The notes under the pieces were generated by a model, which saw nothing but the letters and a program-made list of their open reading frames with translations, ran no database searches and was not told the origin of the DNA. Shown here in pieces: positions 1 to 10,425 of a stretch of DNA of 64,000 nt. Within the stretch, counting starts at the first letter, position 1, and each line of letters starts with the position of its first letter. Source of the DNA: Candidatus Poribacteria bacterium (GTDB lineage Bacteria; Poribacteria; WGA-4E; PCPOR2b); assembly GCA_965223985.1 (NCBI GenBank), contig OZ245030.1:2240082-2304081 (forward strand), read 5' to 3'. Both the position numbers and the translations under genes were made by a program.

Positions 1-1
1 T

Positions 2-1855
2 GTGGAGAATCTGTTAGCGTCACCTCGATATGGCGAACGCTGGGGGCGGCATTGGATGGATGTAGTGCGCTACGCTGACACCGCAGGTGACAACGCAGAT
101 TATCCAATACCGGAGATTCATCACTACCGAGACTATATCATTGATGCGTTCAATGCCGACAAGCCGTACAACCAGTTTATCCAAGAGCAACTTGCCGGCG
201 ACATCCTCGCTAAGGAAGAGGCGCCAGAACGATTTGCCGAGCAGGTGATTGCCACGGGTTTCGTTGCCTTGTCCCGCCGGTACGGCACCGCTCCCTACGA
301 ATTGCGTCACCTCATAATTGAGGATACCATTGAGTCGATGGGGCGTGCGTTCATTGGATTGACACTCCGGTGCGCACGCTGCCACGACCACAAGTTCGAT
401 CCTGTTACTATGGAAGACTACTATGCGCTCTATGGCATTTTCGCTAGCACACAGTATCCCTATACTGGCTCCGAAATATTTCGGTTCGGGAGCGAACGGC
501 GTATGAATTTCGTGCCGTTATTACCGCCGGAGCAAACTCAGCCAATAGTCGATTCACATCGAAAACAGCTTGCACAGATTCAGGTTGAGATAGATCAACT
601 CGAACGTGAAAGTTTGCTGGCGAAAAAACGTGATGAATTGAATCTCCTTGTCGAAAGTGTTGGCAAAGAGATTGCTGCATTGATGGAGACGGGTAAGGAT
701 ATAAAGGCCATCGAATCGCAGAACCAGATGCTCACAGAGCGCCGTGACAGAGTTAAAGGGCAAATTAACAAAAAGAAAGAAGAACTCAAACAACAACTCG
801 CACGTTCGGACCTCCCTGGCGATTTACCTCAAGCCTATGCGGTTCAGGATGGTCCCCCTGTAGATGTCCCCATTCAACTTCGGGGGAATCCGCGCGAGTC
901 GGGTCCGGTGGCGATGCGAAACACTCCCCGATTTCTTAGCGGTAACAGATCGCTTGACATTCCCAGTGGGCAGAGTGGTCGCTTACAGTTGGCGGAGTGG
1001 CTGACCGACCGAGCGAACCCCTTGACAGCGCGTGTCATGGTCAATCGTATCTGGCAATATCACTTTGGGAAGGGAATTGTATCAACGCCGTCCAATTTCG
1101 GACGTAGTGGTGCCATGCCAACGCACCCAAAACTGCTTGACAATCTAGCAGAGCGATTCGTCGAGAGCGACTGGTCGATTAAGGCGATGCACCGACTGAT
1201 TATTTCATCGAAGACATATCAGCTCGCGAGCGATTATAATGCCCAGAATGCCTCCAAAGACCCCGCCAATGCCTATTATTGGCGATTCGACCGCCGCCGA
1301 CTGGAAGCGGAAGCGATTCGGGATGCGATGATGGTGACTAGCGGTATGTTGCGGTTCAACCGACCAGGAGGACATCCATTTCCACCCGTAAGCACGTGGA
1401 GATGGACGCAGCATTTCCCGTTCAAGAAGAAGACCTATTCATCTAACCATCGCAGCGTTTATCTGATGACGCAGCGACTTCAACGTCACCCGTTCCTCGG
1501 CCTATTTGATGGGCCAGACACGAACACGACAACGGGCAAGCGTATGCATTCTACAGTTCCGCAGCAATCGCTGTTTTTGAGGAATCATCCGTGGGTGCAG
1601 GAGCAGGCGGAGGCTTTTGCCAACCGATTAATTGAATCTTCCAAAGATTTTGCTCAGCGTGTCAACCGCGCACATCAGTTTGCTTATGGACGTGAGGCAT
1701 ACACTCACGAACAGCAGCGGGCAACGGAATATATAGCACAGGTGTCTCAAGAACTCAATGCGTACGGCATGTCGTCTGAACAACGCGAGCTGGAGACCTG
1801 GGCAAGCTACGCACGAGTCGTATTGACAGCCAACGAATTTCTTTACATTGACTAA
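2..1855 (+). CDS. DUF1549/DUF1553 (PSD1, planctomycete-type) domain protein, 5'-truncated by the window edge
   Basis: Contains SPRYGERWGRHWMDVVRYAD, CARCHDHKFDP (CxxCH) and NPLTARVMVNRIWQYHFGKGIV, all typical of DUF1549/DUF1553; directly followed by DUF1501. Confidence 0.9.
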   Translation: MENLLASPRYGERWGRHWMDVVRYADTAGDNADYPIPEIHHYRDYIIDAFNADKPYNQFIQEQLAGDILAKEEAPERFAEQVIATGFVALSRRYGTAPYELRHLIIEDTIESMGRAFIGLTLRCARCHDHKFDPVTMEDYYALYGIFASTQYPYTGSEIFRFGSERRMNFVPLLPPEQTQPIVDSHRKQLAQIQVEIDQLERESLLAKKRDELNLLVESVGKEIAALMETGKDIKAIESQNQMLTERRDRVKGQINKKKEELKQQLARSDLPGDLPQAYAVQDGPPVDVPIQLRGNPRESGPVAMRNTPRFLSGNRSLDIPSGQSGRLQLAEWLTDRANPLTARVMVNRIWQYHFGKGIVSTPSNFGRSGAMPTHPKLLDNLAERFVESDWSIKAMHRLIISSKTYQLASDYNAQNASKDPANAYYWRFDRRRLEAEAIRDAMMVTSGMLRFNRPGGHPFPPVSTWRWTQHFPFKKKTYSSNHRSVYLMTQRLQRHPFLGLFDGPDTNTTTGKRMHSTVPQQSLFLRNHPWVQEQAEAFANRLIESSKDFAQRVNRAHQFAYGREAYTHEQQRATEYIAQVSQELNAYGMSSEQRELETWASYARVVLTANEFLYID

Positions 1856-1880
1856 TTTCAATCGACAAGCAGGTGAAGCC

Positions 1881-3260
1881 ATGAACGAAGAGCATCGAGT
1901 CAATCGGCGTCAATTTCTGAACTATGCACTCACCGGGTGCGCCACGACTATGCTTGGGCCTGTTACCAAACTGTGTCTCGCTGCAGAACTCCACAACGGA
2001 CATCCACTGGCGCCCAAGGTGACCCATCATCCGGCGAAAGCCAAAAATCTGATTTTCGTCTTCCTAACCGGCGGATTCTCGCATGTCGACACTTTTGACT
2101 ATAAACCGAAGTTACAGCAGGATCACGGCAAGAAGATTCCGGCGTGGGAAAATACTACACAGCCGGCAATGGGCTCACCTTTCAAATTCCAGGCATACGG
2201 CGAATCTGGGCTAATGATTAGCGAGTTGTTCCCTCACCTGGGAGGTGTAGCAGATGACCTGTGCGTCATAAAAAGCATGCACACGGATCTTGTTGAGCAT
2301 TTTCAAGCGACGCTTGCCATGCACACCGGATCCGCAACGGTTCCGATGCCAAGCATTGGCGCATGGTTGAGTTATGGGCTGGGCACAGAGAACCTGGAAC
2401 TGCCGTCGTACATGGTTTTGTGCGAACGTATCCCATACTCGGGGTCGCAGGTGTGGGACAGCCATTTCTTGCCCCCGGTGCATCAGGGTGTACGTGTCAT
2501 CCCGGGTGACGAACCGGTAGGCAATCTAAAATCCCCTGCGCGGTCGCTAAAGCTGGCAGAGCTTGAACGAATCATGCTGCACGATGCCAATGAACTTCAC
2601 GCGCGGCGGCGCCCCGGCGATTTGGAACTGCTTGCCCGAATGAACGCTGACAACACCGCTAGAGGAATGATGCGTGTCGCACCTCAGATGTTTGACGTAT
2701 CGAAGGAGAGCGATGCGACGCTGAACCTGTACGGACTAAAACGTGACGATAACAAATCGTTCGCTTGGCAGTGCTTGGTTGCTCGACGACTGGTTGAGCA
2801 CGGGGTACGGGTGGTAGAACTCATCGACACTGGCGCAAACGACAACTGGGATGCTCACGGCAATATGGAGGAACATCGTCCAAAAGCTCGGCGGGCAGAT
2901 TTGCCGCTCTCAGCACTGATTAAGGATTTGAAGCAACGCGGTATGTTTGATGAGACGCTCATCGCTATCTGTACCGAGTTTGGTCGCACCCCATTTTCGG
3001 ACGGCGCTGGGCGCAACCATCATGGCACGGCGTTTTCCTGTTTGCTCGCGGGCGCCGGTATTAAGGGCGGAGTGACATATGGTGAAACAGATGAATATGG
3101 CTTAGGAATCGTCTCGCAGCCGTGCCACGTCCATGACTACCATGCTACCATCTTGCACCTGATGGGCATTGACCACACGAAACTCACCTACCGTTATGGT
3201 GGCCGTGACTTCCGGCTAACCGATGTGCACGGCAAGATTATCCCAGAGGTTCTTGCATAA
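1881..3260 (+). CDS. DUF1501 domain protein (Tat-like signal)
   Basis: N-terminal NRRQFL; AKNLIFVFLTGGFSHVDTFDYKP, TEFGRTP and GRDFRLTDVHG motifs. ATG 1881 follows AGGTG. Confidence 0.9.
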   Translation: MNEEHRVNRRQFLNYALTGCATTMLGPVTKLCLAAELHNGHPLAPKVTHHPAKAKNLIFVFLTGGFSHVDTFDYKPKLQQDHGKKIPAWENTTQPAMGSPFKFQAYGESGLMISELFPHLGGVADDLCVIKSMHTDLVEHFQATLAMHTGSATVPMPSIGAWLSYGLGTENLELPSYMVLCERIPYSGSQVWDSHFLPPVHQGVRVIPGDEPVGNLKSPARSLKLAELERIMLHDANELHARRRPGDLELLARMNADNTARGMMRVAPQMFDVSKESDATLNLYGLKRDDNKSFAWQCLVARRLVEHGVRVVELIDTGANDNWDAHGNMEEHRPKARRADLPLSALIKDLKQRGMFDETLIAICTEFGRTPFSDGAGRNHHGTAFSCLLAGAGIKGGVTYGETDEYGLGIVSQPCHVHDYHATILHLMGIDHTKLTYRYGGRDFRLTDVHGKIIPEVLA

Positions 3261-3441
3261 TTCTCGGTCTGTCTCCCTCGTGCATCGCAGGACTGTCTTT
3301 ATGCCCATCCACGGGTTGCTCGTTTCATATCGAACCTTGCAGCGATTGATGATAGAAGCCCTTTTCGTCAGTATTTACCAAGCGAAGGCAACCCTCAAAC
3401 TAGCATACCTACCAATTCACCAATAACACGAGGAGTTTCAC

Positions 3442-5907
3442 ATGAAAAAAAAGCGACCCCCCTTGCTTTGCGGAATCCTTGGAGTTACTTTAATTTGGGC
3501 AGTAACTCTCATCACGAGCGCCGTGCGTGCAGATGATAACATTGTAAGGAGAAAAATGATGAATAATTATCAGAAGCTTTTTCCGACAAATCTTCCTGAA
3601 CGTGAGTGGTTAAGGTTCGAGGCGGAAGGTTTTACAGCGCCGGTTAACGGGATGATTTTTACCACAAAGCGGACTCGTAGCTCGAGCGGGATTGAAATGG
3701 GCCCTCCTATCAATGGTATGCCGCTAGGGGTAATTGACACCGGATGCATAGACCTCGAGGTTGATGGAACGTTCGGCCTGTGCACACTTTTCAATTCTCA
3801 TGTCCCTCGGCGACTCATCAACCGCCCCTTCCTAGGTATCAGCGTTGAAGGACAGCCACGGTTGCTAACGAAGGCACACTCTGCCCAAGACTGGATATGT
3901 TACTGGGAATCGGACACCCCGAAGCTACGGAGCCTGCCACGCGATCCGCTGCGTGAAATCTATTACTGGGGGCATTATCCGGTGGTCGACGTAGAATACG
4001 ACCTCCAAGACACGCCAGTCAGCGTTGGGTTAAGAGCCTGGGCACCCTTTATACCGGGAGACATCAATATATCCCTCCTTCCCGGTGCGGTCTTCGAGGT
4101 ACACCTGCGCAACGTGAAAGATACTCCGCAGCGCGGTACCGTCGCCTTCAGCTTCCCCGGTCCCTCCGATGAGGAATCGGAAGACGCGACAATATTTTCT
4201 CGTAAATCGGTAGATGGCATCTTCTCAGGCATCTCAGTGACCAATAGCCGTGACATCGGATATGCGCTGGGAGTTGTAGGAGACGAGAAAATCCGTTCTG
4301 GTGGGGAACTTGGAATCAACGGAGAAGCCTGGGCTAACATTGAAAACAAGCTGCCTGAAGCCAAGGAATATAGGTCGGGTTCATCCCTAGCGGTCGACTT
4401 TTCCCTAGCCCCTCGTGAAACTAAGATTGTCCGGTTTGTCCTCGGTTGGTATAGTCCACGTTGGAAAGGCGGGGGAACGCCCACGGCAGGTGGAAATACC
4501 TACACGCATATGTACACCACAAGATACCGCAGTGCGTTAGAGGCGGCGAAGTGCTTGGCTGAAAATCATGAATCGTTATTGAAACGGATACTGGCTTGGC
4601 AGCAAGTCATCTATACAGACGAGAAGCTGCCTAGTTGGCTGCAAGATTCGCTGCTGAATGGCCTAAACCTCATCACTGAGAATAGCATGTGGGCAGTGGC
4701 AGAACCTCCGATTGGAGAGTGGTGCCGGAAGGAAGATGGTATTTTCGGCATGAATGAATCTCCCAAATATTGTCCTCAGATTGAATGCCTGCCCCCAACC
4801 TTCGAGGGGAACATCCCAATCGTCTACTTCTTCCCCGAACTGGCGTTGTCTACGCTTCGCGCATTTAAGGCGTATCAGAGCCCGGAGGGTGCGACTGCCT
4901 TTATGTTCAGCGGGTTTAGTTACCATTCGCCCCCCTGCGGCATGGTGAGTCCGACGACTGGCTGGCAGACCGCTACCAATGGACCCCAATATGTGGATAT
5001 TGTGAATCGGTATTGGAATTGCACCGGCGATGATGAGATGCTCAAAGAGTTCTATGAATCCGTCAAGCAGACCACAATCTACACCATGAATTTGAGACCA
5101 GACCTTGGCCCCGATGGCATAATTAGCGTTGCTCACGAACAGAACGCATCTGTGCTAGGTTTCGCACCGGGTTTCGGGACCGACTGGATTGAGATGTGCG
5201 AGTTCCACGGTATGACGGCTCATGTGGCAGGCATCCACTTAGCACAGCTGAAGATGGCGGAACGGATGGCTGAGGAGATGGGTGATGAAGAGTTCGCTGA
5301 CCAATGTAGAGATTGGTTTGCTCAGGGAAGTAACTCGTTGGAGAACAAACTGTGGACCGGAAATTATTACTTGAACTATTACGAGCCCACAACCGGCAAG
5401 AAGTCCGACTTAATCCTTGCCTACCAGCTAGATGGCGAGTGGATGGCGAGATCTGAAGGGTTAGACGGCGTCTTCCGAAACGATAGAGTGAAGACCACTT
5501 TGGAAACCATAAAGCAGACAAATGTCGCCCTTACGGATTTCGGCGCGCTCAACTACGCTAACCCCGACGGGACGCCGGTGCAAAATATCGGTTTCGGGAC
5601 CTATACTGTACTCACGTGCTACCTTCCGTTCCTCGCCATGATGTATATGTATGAAGGAGAGCCCGATTTCGGATTGGAGCTAGTTCGCCGTGACTACGAC
5701 ACCATCATTAAACAAGGCTTCATCTGGAGTGCTGCTGGCGGAACTCGAGGTGATAAAAATACTGGCGAAGTTTTCGGCGATTATGGTTCCCATTTGAACT
5801 TGATACTCTGGGGCTTGCCAGCCGCGCTGAATGGGGAAGACCTTAGCGGTCCAGCCAAACCCGGTGGATTGGCGGACCGTATACTCCAAGCCGCCCGTGG
5901 CGGATAA
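3442..5907 (+). CDS. GH116 (non-lysosomal glucosylceramidase-like) glycoside hydrolase
   Basis: GMPLGVIDTG N-terminal motif, 'YWGHYPVVDVEY...APFIPGD', and a C-terminal (a/a)6-type region 'LWTGNYYLNY...YQLDGEW'. Confidence 0.7.
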   Translation: MKKKRPPLLCGILGVTLIWAVTLITSAVRADDNIVRRKMMNNYQKLFPTNLPEREWLRFEAEGFTAPVNGMIFTTKRTRSSSGIEMGPPINGMPLGVIDTGCIDLEVDGTFGLCTLFNSHVPRRLINRPFLGISVEGQPRLLTKAHSAQDWICYWESDTPKLRSLPRDPLREIYYWGHYPVVDVEYDLQDTPVSVGLRAWAPFIPGDINISLLPGAVFEVHLRNVKDTPQRGTVAFSFPGPSDEESEDATIFSRKSVDGIFSGISVTNSRDIGYALGVVGDEKIRSGGELGINGEAWANIENKLPEAKEYRSGSSLAVDFSLAPRETKIVRFVLGWYSPRWKGGGTPTAGGNTYTHMYTTRYRSALEAAKCLAENHESLLKRILAWQQVIYTDEKLPSWLQDSLLNGLNLITENSMWAVAEPPIGEWCRKEDGIFGMNESPKYCPQIECLPPTFEGNIPIVYFFPELALSTLRAFKAYQSPEGATAFMFSGFSYHSPPCGMVSPTTGWQTATNGPQYVDIVNRYWNCTGDDEMLKEFYESVKQTTIYTMNLRPDLGPDGIISVAHEQNASVLGFAPGFGTDWIEMCEFHGMTAHVAGIHLAQLKMAERMAEEMGDEEFADQCRDWFAQGSNSLENKLWTGNYYLNYYEPTTGKKSDLILAYQLDGEWMARSEGLDGVFRNDRVKTTLETIKQTNVALTDFGALNYANPDGTPVQNIGFGTYTVLTCYLPFLAMMYMYEGEPDFGLELVRRDYDTIIKQGFIWSAAGGTRGDKNTGEVFGDYGSHLNLILWGLPAALNGEDLSGPAKPGGLADRILQAARGG

Positions 5908-6180
5908 TAGTTCGGTTGAACGATAAGATCTTGTTGCACTGGTGACGGATTTACCATCGCTGCGTTTGGCTATGCATATGGCTGCTGCTATGTAGCCGGC
6001 ATTTGCTCTTGCGGGAGGGTGCCTGTTGTGGTAGAATACTGGGTATACATAAAGAATGCCGGATCCTCTACTTCGGCTCAATATCTAAGTCACCTGTATA
6101 AACTATAGGTTGGCATTTCTCAAGACTCATGATTCCATTAAATTGACTGAACAATTAGGAAAAAAAGAGGGCCATTTACG

Positions 6181-6996
6181 ATGAAACCGACATACGACTG
6201 CGAACCCACAATGACGGACACGCAAGTTCTGGATTTCTGCAGAAAAGGGTTTCTGATGTTGGAAGCTGTCGTTCCTGATGAGGTTAACAAAAAATCGTGC
6301 GATTACTGCGAACTCTATGCTTCAGGCGGCCCCTTCAAGGAGGACTCCGCTCGCCTGCCTGACGAGATCTTTGAACTAGATTGGTTCGCCGACAATGTAA
6401 TTCTCAATTCGGGAGCAATTGGTGTCGTCCGATCGTTATTGGGCAAAAATTTTCAACTGCCGACTTTCATGGCAAACCATAGTGTGGTGTGCCCAGGAGG
6501 GACGGGCGAGTGGCACCGAGATGCCGGCTCGCTTTACGGTCCCAAGATAGATTCCTTGAAGGTGTTCTATTATCCGCAGGATACCCCTTTGGAAATGGGT
6601 CCAACCGATTTATTGCCCGGTTCACACTTCCTCTTTGCGGGGGGATATATGGGTCATTATACTGGAATCCGGGAGACCATTCCAACAACAGCACCAGCGG
6701 GTTCTATCATCGTCTGCTTCTATAATATTTGGCACCGAAAGGGAGTGGCTACCGCAGCGGGCACTCGTAATCTGCTGAAATACCACTATGTCCGAAACGT
6801 ACCGCCGGAGCGTGATTGGATCATCGAGTCGGATTTCAACGTTGAACAGATATATAACATGCGGTCGGGTCACTACTTCTACGCTCGGGAAGGGCACAGA
6901 GCGTTTAATGACGCCGCTGAGATTTTCTTCTGGTTATGCGGCGAACATGCCGACTTTCGTGGCACCGACAGCAGTCTGCCCGTTTATTTGGCGTAA
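6181..6996 (+). CDS. Phytanoyl-CoA dioxygenase (PhyH) family Fe(II)/2OG oxygenase
   Basis: WHRD...GPTDLLPGSH...APAGS...IWHR facial-triad pattern. Confidence 0.85.
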   Translation: MKPTYDCEPTMTDTQVLDFCRKGFLMLEAVVPDEVNKKSCDYCELYASGGPFKEDSARLPDEIFELDWFADNVILNSGAIGVVRSLLGKNFQLPTFMANHSVVCPGGTGEWHRDAGSLYGPKIDSLKVFYYPQDTPLEMGPTDLLPGSHFLFAGGYMGHYTGIRETIPTTAPAGSIIVCFYNIWHRKGVATAAGTRNLLKYHYVRNVPPERDWIIESDFNVEQIYNMRSGHYFYAREGHRAFNDAAEIFFWLCGEHADFRGTDSSLPVYLA

Positions 6997-7216
6997 CAGT
7001 TGTGTTGAAGGACAGAGATAGCTCACAAGTACGTCACTAGACAATCCGGGAATCCCTTATAGGGGGCGAGCCGCTCGTTTACCTGCACTAGGAGAAGGTA
7101 AGCATTGCGAAGTGTCGGGACGAGATTCCGCCTGCCTGTGTGTGGGTGTATCCTGACAGGCACATCGGAAAAGCCTAATTTAGCGAAATCTAGAAGGTAG
7201 TTGAGGAGGATTATAC

Positions 7217-7960
7217 ATGTCTGTACAACTCGAATTTGTTGGTCACGCGTGTTTCCGCCTTTGGGAGAATGGTAAGCCAACAATCGTAACGGATCCATAC
7301 TCCCATCACGATACGAAATTGGAAGATGACGGTTCGCGTCTCGACGCAGACACCGTCATCGTAAGTTCCCTCACGGACGAATCCCACAACAACGTTTCGC
7401 TCGTTCGGGGCAATCCTCGCGTCATCAACGCGTTGGACGTGGCGACGGGGGCGGATTCGGCAACAATCAATGGCGAACCGTTACTAGCAATCGCGACAGC
7501 CGAGGCTGCAGACCATGACCTGCATGATCCGATGGACAACGCGATGTACGCCTTCAATGCCGGTGGATTATGGTTCGCACACCTCGGCGATCTCGGCTAC
7601 GGACTTAGTAACGAAGAGTTAGCGCCGTGGGAGGACAAGTGCGATGTGCTGATACCGATTGTCGGTGAGAGGAACACAGTCAAGCTCGACGACCTCGACG
7701 AAATGATTGAGTTTCTAAAGCCGACGTGGATCGTGCCGATGCACTTCGCATTGCCGCCGCTCGGAGGTGCCAATGCAGGTGGAATGAAGCCCGTCGATGT
7801 ATTCATCAATCGCCACCCCCGTGCTACAGTTTACATCGCTCGGCACCACACAGTGACCCTTCCGATGGCGAAGTCTGCGGTGGGGCGGTCGACCATCATC
7901 GTGCTGGAACCTTCAGGTTACAAGCCCACGGGCGGATTTCTGGAGTTCCGGGCATCCTGA
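7217..7960 (+). CDS. MBL-fold metallo-hydrolase
   Basis: FVGHACFRL, IVTDPY, AHLGDLG and IVPMHF motifs; RBS GAGGAGG upstream. Confidence 0.8.
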   Translation: MSVQLEFVGHACFRLWENGKPTIVTDPYSHHDTKLEDDGSRLDADTVIVSSLTDESHNNVSLVRGNPRVINALDVATGADSATINGEPLLAIATAEAADHDLHDPMDNAMYAFNAGGLWFAHLGDLGYGLSNEELAPWEDKCDVLIPIVGERNTVKLDDLDEMIEFLKPTWIVPMHFALPPLGGANAGGMKPVDVFINRHPRATVYIARHHTVTLPMAKSAVGRSTIIVLEPSGYKPTGGFLEFRAS

Positions 7961-8057
7961 TGTGCCGTTCGAATTCGTTTAAAGGGCAAACCCTTCGACA
8001 AGATCAGAGGTTTCCCGTTGAACGTCACATTCATCGGAACCAAGATGGACGTGTTTT

Positions 8058-9065
8058 ATGGAATACAGACAACTCACGAGAGATGGAACGCAGGTGTCGG
8101 TTATTGGGCTCGGCACATGGCCGTTCGGCGGTGGTATGGGCGCCATGGACGATCAGACAGCGATTGCCATTACCCGAGCCGCTATTGATAATGGCATCAA
8201 CCTGATCGACACGGCTCAAGTATATGGCGAGAGCGAGGAACGGCTCGGCAAAGCGCTGAAGGACGGCTATCGGGATCGATGTTTCCTCGCAACCAAAGTG
8301 TGGCGAGAACAGGACAACGACTACTCACCAGCGGCAATCTACGCCGCCATGGACGACAGTCTGCGCAAACTGGATGTAGACTATGTGGACCTCTATCAGA
8401 TCCACCACCCCGATCCGTCCTATCCGCTCGATCAGACGATGGAAGCCCTCGACCGGCTTCGAGAACAGGGCAAGACACGATATATTGGCGTCTCTAACTT
8501 CTGGGTCGAACATATGGAGGAAGCCCTAAAGACAACTCGCCTCCACACTAACCAGCCGCGCTACAACATGCTCGACCGTCGTATAGAAGCCGAGGTGCTT
8601 CCCTTTTGCGAACGTAACGGGATTGGAATCATGGCTCACAGTCCGTTAGCTAAAGGATTGCTAACTGGTCGCTACCGTGTCGGTCATAAGTTCCCGGAGG
8701 ACGACGAGCGATCGCGCCTGTCACGCTTCCGTGGCGAGCCGTTTGCCCATTACGTCAAGGTTGCCGACCAGCTTAAACAGATAGCGGCGCATAAAAGTCT
8801 CTCCCTCATTCAGCTAGCTATTGGGTGGCTCCTGCGGCTGTCGTCGGTGAGTTGTGTACTGGTCGGTGCAAAACGCCCCGATCAGATCCACGAGCATCTC
8901 GGCGCGGCAGGAGTCACGTTCAGCGATGACGAACTTGCCCGAATCGAATCGATTCTTCAAGACACCCCCGCAACGCTGTATGATGATTATGGACGGAACT
9001 ACCTTAGCGACAGTAGAGGATTTATGATTGCTGGCAAAGGGAGGGACGATGGACGAATACAGTAA
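8058..9065 (+). CDS. Aldo/keto reductase
   Basis: IGLGTW, IDTAQVYG, LATK, DYVDLYQIH, IGVSNF, SPLAKGLL. Confidence 0.95.
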   Translation: MEYRQLTRDGTQVSVIGLGTWPFGGGMGAMDDQTAIAITRAAIDNGINLIDTAQVYGESEERLGKALKDGYRDRCFLATKVWREQDNDYSPAAIYAAMDDSLRKLDVDYVDLYQIHHPDPSYPLDQTMEALDRLREQGKTRYIGVSNFWVEHMEEALKTTRLHTNQPRYNMLDRRIEAEVLPFCERNGIGIMAHSPLAKGLLTGRYRVGHKFPEDDERSRLSRFRGEPFAHYVKVADQLKQIAAHKSLSLIQLAIGWLLRLSSVSCVLVGAKRPDQIHEHLGAAGVTFSDDELARIESILQDTPATLYDDYGRNYLSDSRGFMIAGKGRDDGRIQ

Positions 9066-9417
9066 AATCAAGGCGCAAGTCGAGCGGTGCTTAGAGGAGT
9101 TTATGCGAGGGGACCTCACTCAGGCTAGTCTGAATGGCATTCTCGAAGCGATGGACGAAACGCCGCCGCGGCAACAGTTGTTGTTCCTGCGCGTTGAAGG
9201 GTGGACGATTCATTCAGGTGTCATCGGCATGTTGATGCTGGACAACGGCGAGATTAACGAAGGCCCATTGAATCCGGAGGACTGGCCGTACAAGACTGTG
9301 ATTGATGCTATTCAGGATGGCTGGCGTGTAATCAAATTTCCTGAACTCGCCCTCTGGGTCGATGAGACGCGGACCTATGAGGTCGGTGGCGAGTTTGTGC
9401 TTGAAAAGTGGAGATGA
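9049..9417 (+). CDS. Hypothetical protein, translationally linked to the AKR and PhyH genes
   Basis: RBS GGAGG before ATG 9049; overlaps the AKR stop and ends 3 nt before PhyH. Confidence 0.7.
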   Translation: MDEYSKIKAQVERCLEEFMRGDLTQASLNGILEAMDETPPRQQLLFLRVEGWTIHSGVIGMLMLDNGEINEGPLNPEDWPYKTVIDAIQDGWRVIKFPELALWVDETRTYEVGGEFVLEKWR

Positions 9418-9420
9418 GTA

Positions 9421-10335
9421 ATGAGAACTACAGATGATATTCGCCCAACGTTGACCGACTCCCAGATTCTCGATTTTTGTAAGAAAGGTTATATGATACT
9501 TCCGGCGGTCGTGCCGGATGAGATTAACCGGAGAGTCATCCAATACACCAATGAAATTGCGCAGACTCGGCCGGAGTTCCGAGCGCCGCGGCGCTCCGGC
9601 GAGATTGAATTTCACCTTCCACTAATGGAGGAGGACTGGTTCGTCGAGCATGTTCTGCTCAACACGGAAGCAGCAGGCGCTGCACGTTCGCTGCTTGGGA
9701 GCGGCTTTACGCTCCCCATCATTATCAGCGACCACCGTGCCGAAACACCGATGCCGAAGCCAGGAGGTTGGCACCGTGACGGCAATTACGTCCTTGAAAA
9801 GAAACTGAACTATGTCGAGGTATTCTACCACCCGGAGGACGTACCGATGGAAAACGGCCCCACGGCGATTTTGCCAGGGTCCCATCACCTAGCCTCCGCG
9901 CCCGTTGGTCATTACGGCAACCTCAAGGGTGTCGCGTATTTCGCGCCGCCGGAGGCGCCAGCCGGATCTATTCTGATTATGTCGTATAACTTGTGGCACC
10001 GTCGAACCCCGTCGACAGCAAAGGGATATCGACATATGTTCCGCTTTAACTATTGGCGGACGACGCCGCCGGTCAGGGATTGGGTCATTGAACCGGAGTT
10101 CGATCTGCGAACCGCGGACTATGAGTTCTTCGATCGCCCCACGACGCGGCCGCCGACCCGGGATTGCAACGACGCAGCTGAAATGTTCTTCTGGTTGTGT
10201 GGGAAGGGCAACGAGTTCGCGGTAATGGGCGGACAGTGCTGGCCCAGTCCGCATAAAGGTCTTGATGGTGCCGTTCGAGGCTTTCCCGGCGACATCACCG
10301 ATGAACGCGTGTGGTTCAACCAGAAGCCTGCATGA
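9421..10335 (+). CDS. PhyH family Fe(II)/2OG oxygenase
   Basis: WHRD...GPTAILPGSH...LWHR; paralog of 6181 and 13833. Confidence 0.85.
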   Translation: MRTTDDIRPTLTDSQILDFCKKGYMILPAVVPDEINRRVIQYTNEIAQTRPEFRAPRRSGEIEFHLPLMEEDWFVEHVLLNTEAAGAARSLLGSGFTLPIIISDHRAETPMPKPGGWHRDGNYVLEKKLNYVEVFYHPEDVPMENGPTAILPGSHHLASAPVGHYGNLKGVAYFAPPEAPAGSILIMSYNLWHRRTPSTAKGYRHMFRFNYWRTTPPVRDWVIEPEFDLRTADYEFFDRPTTRPPTRDCNDAAEMFFWLCGKGNEFAVMGGQCWPSPHKGLDGAVRGFPGDITDERVWFNQKPA

Positions 10336-10425
10336 GGTGAACACAAGCCGTCGACTGGACGAGGCGCACCTTAATTTAAAAGTGAGAGTGCGCCTCTTTG
10401 TGCGCTCATTCCAAAAGGAGAAGAA

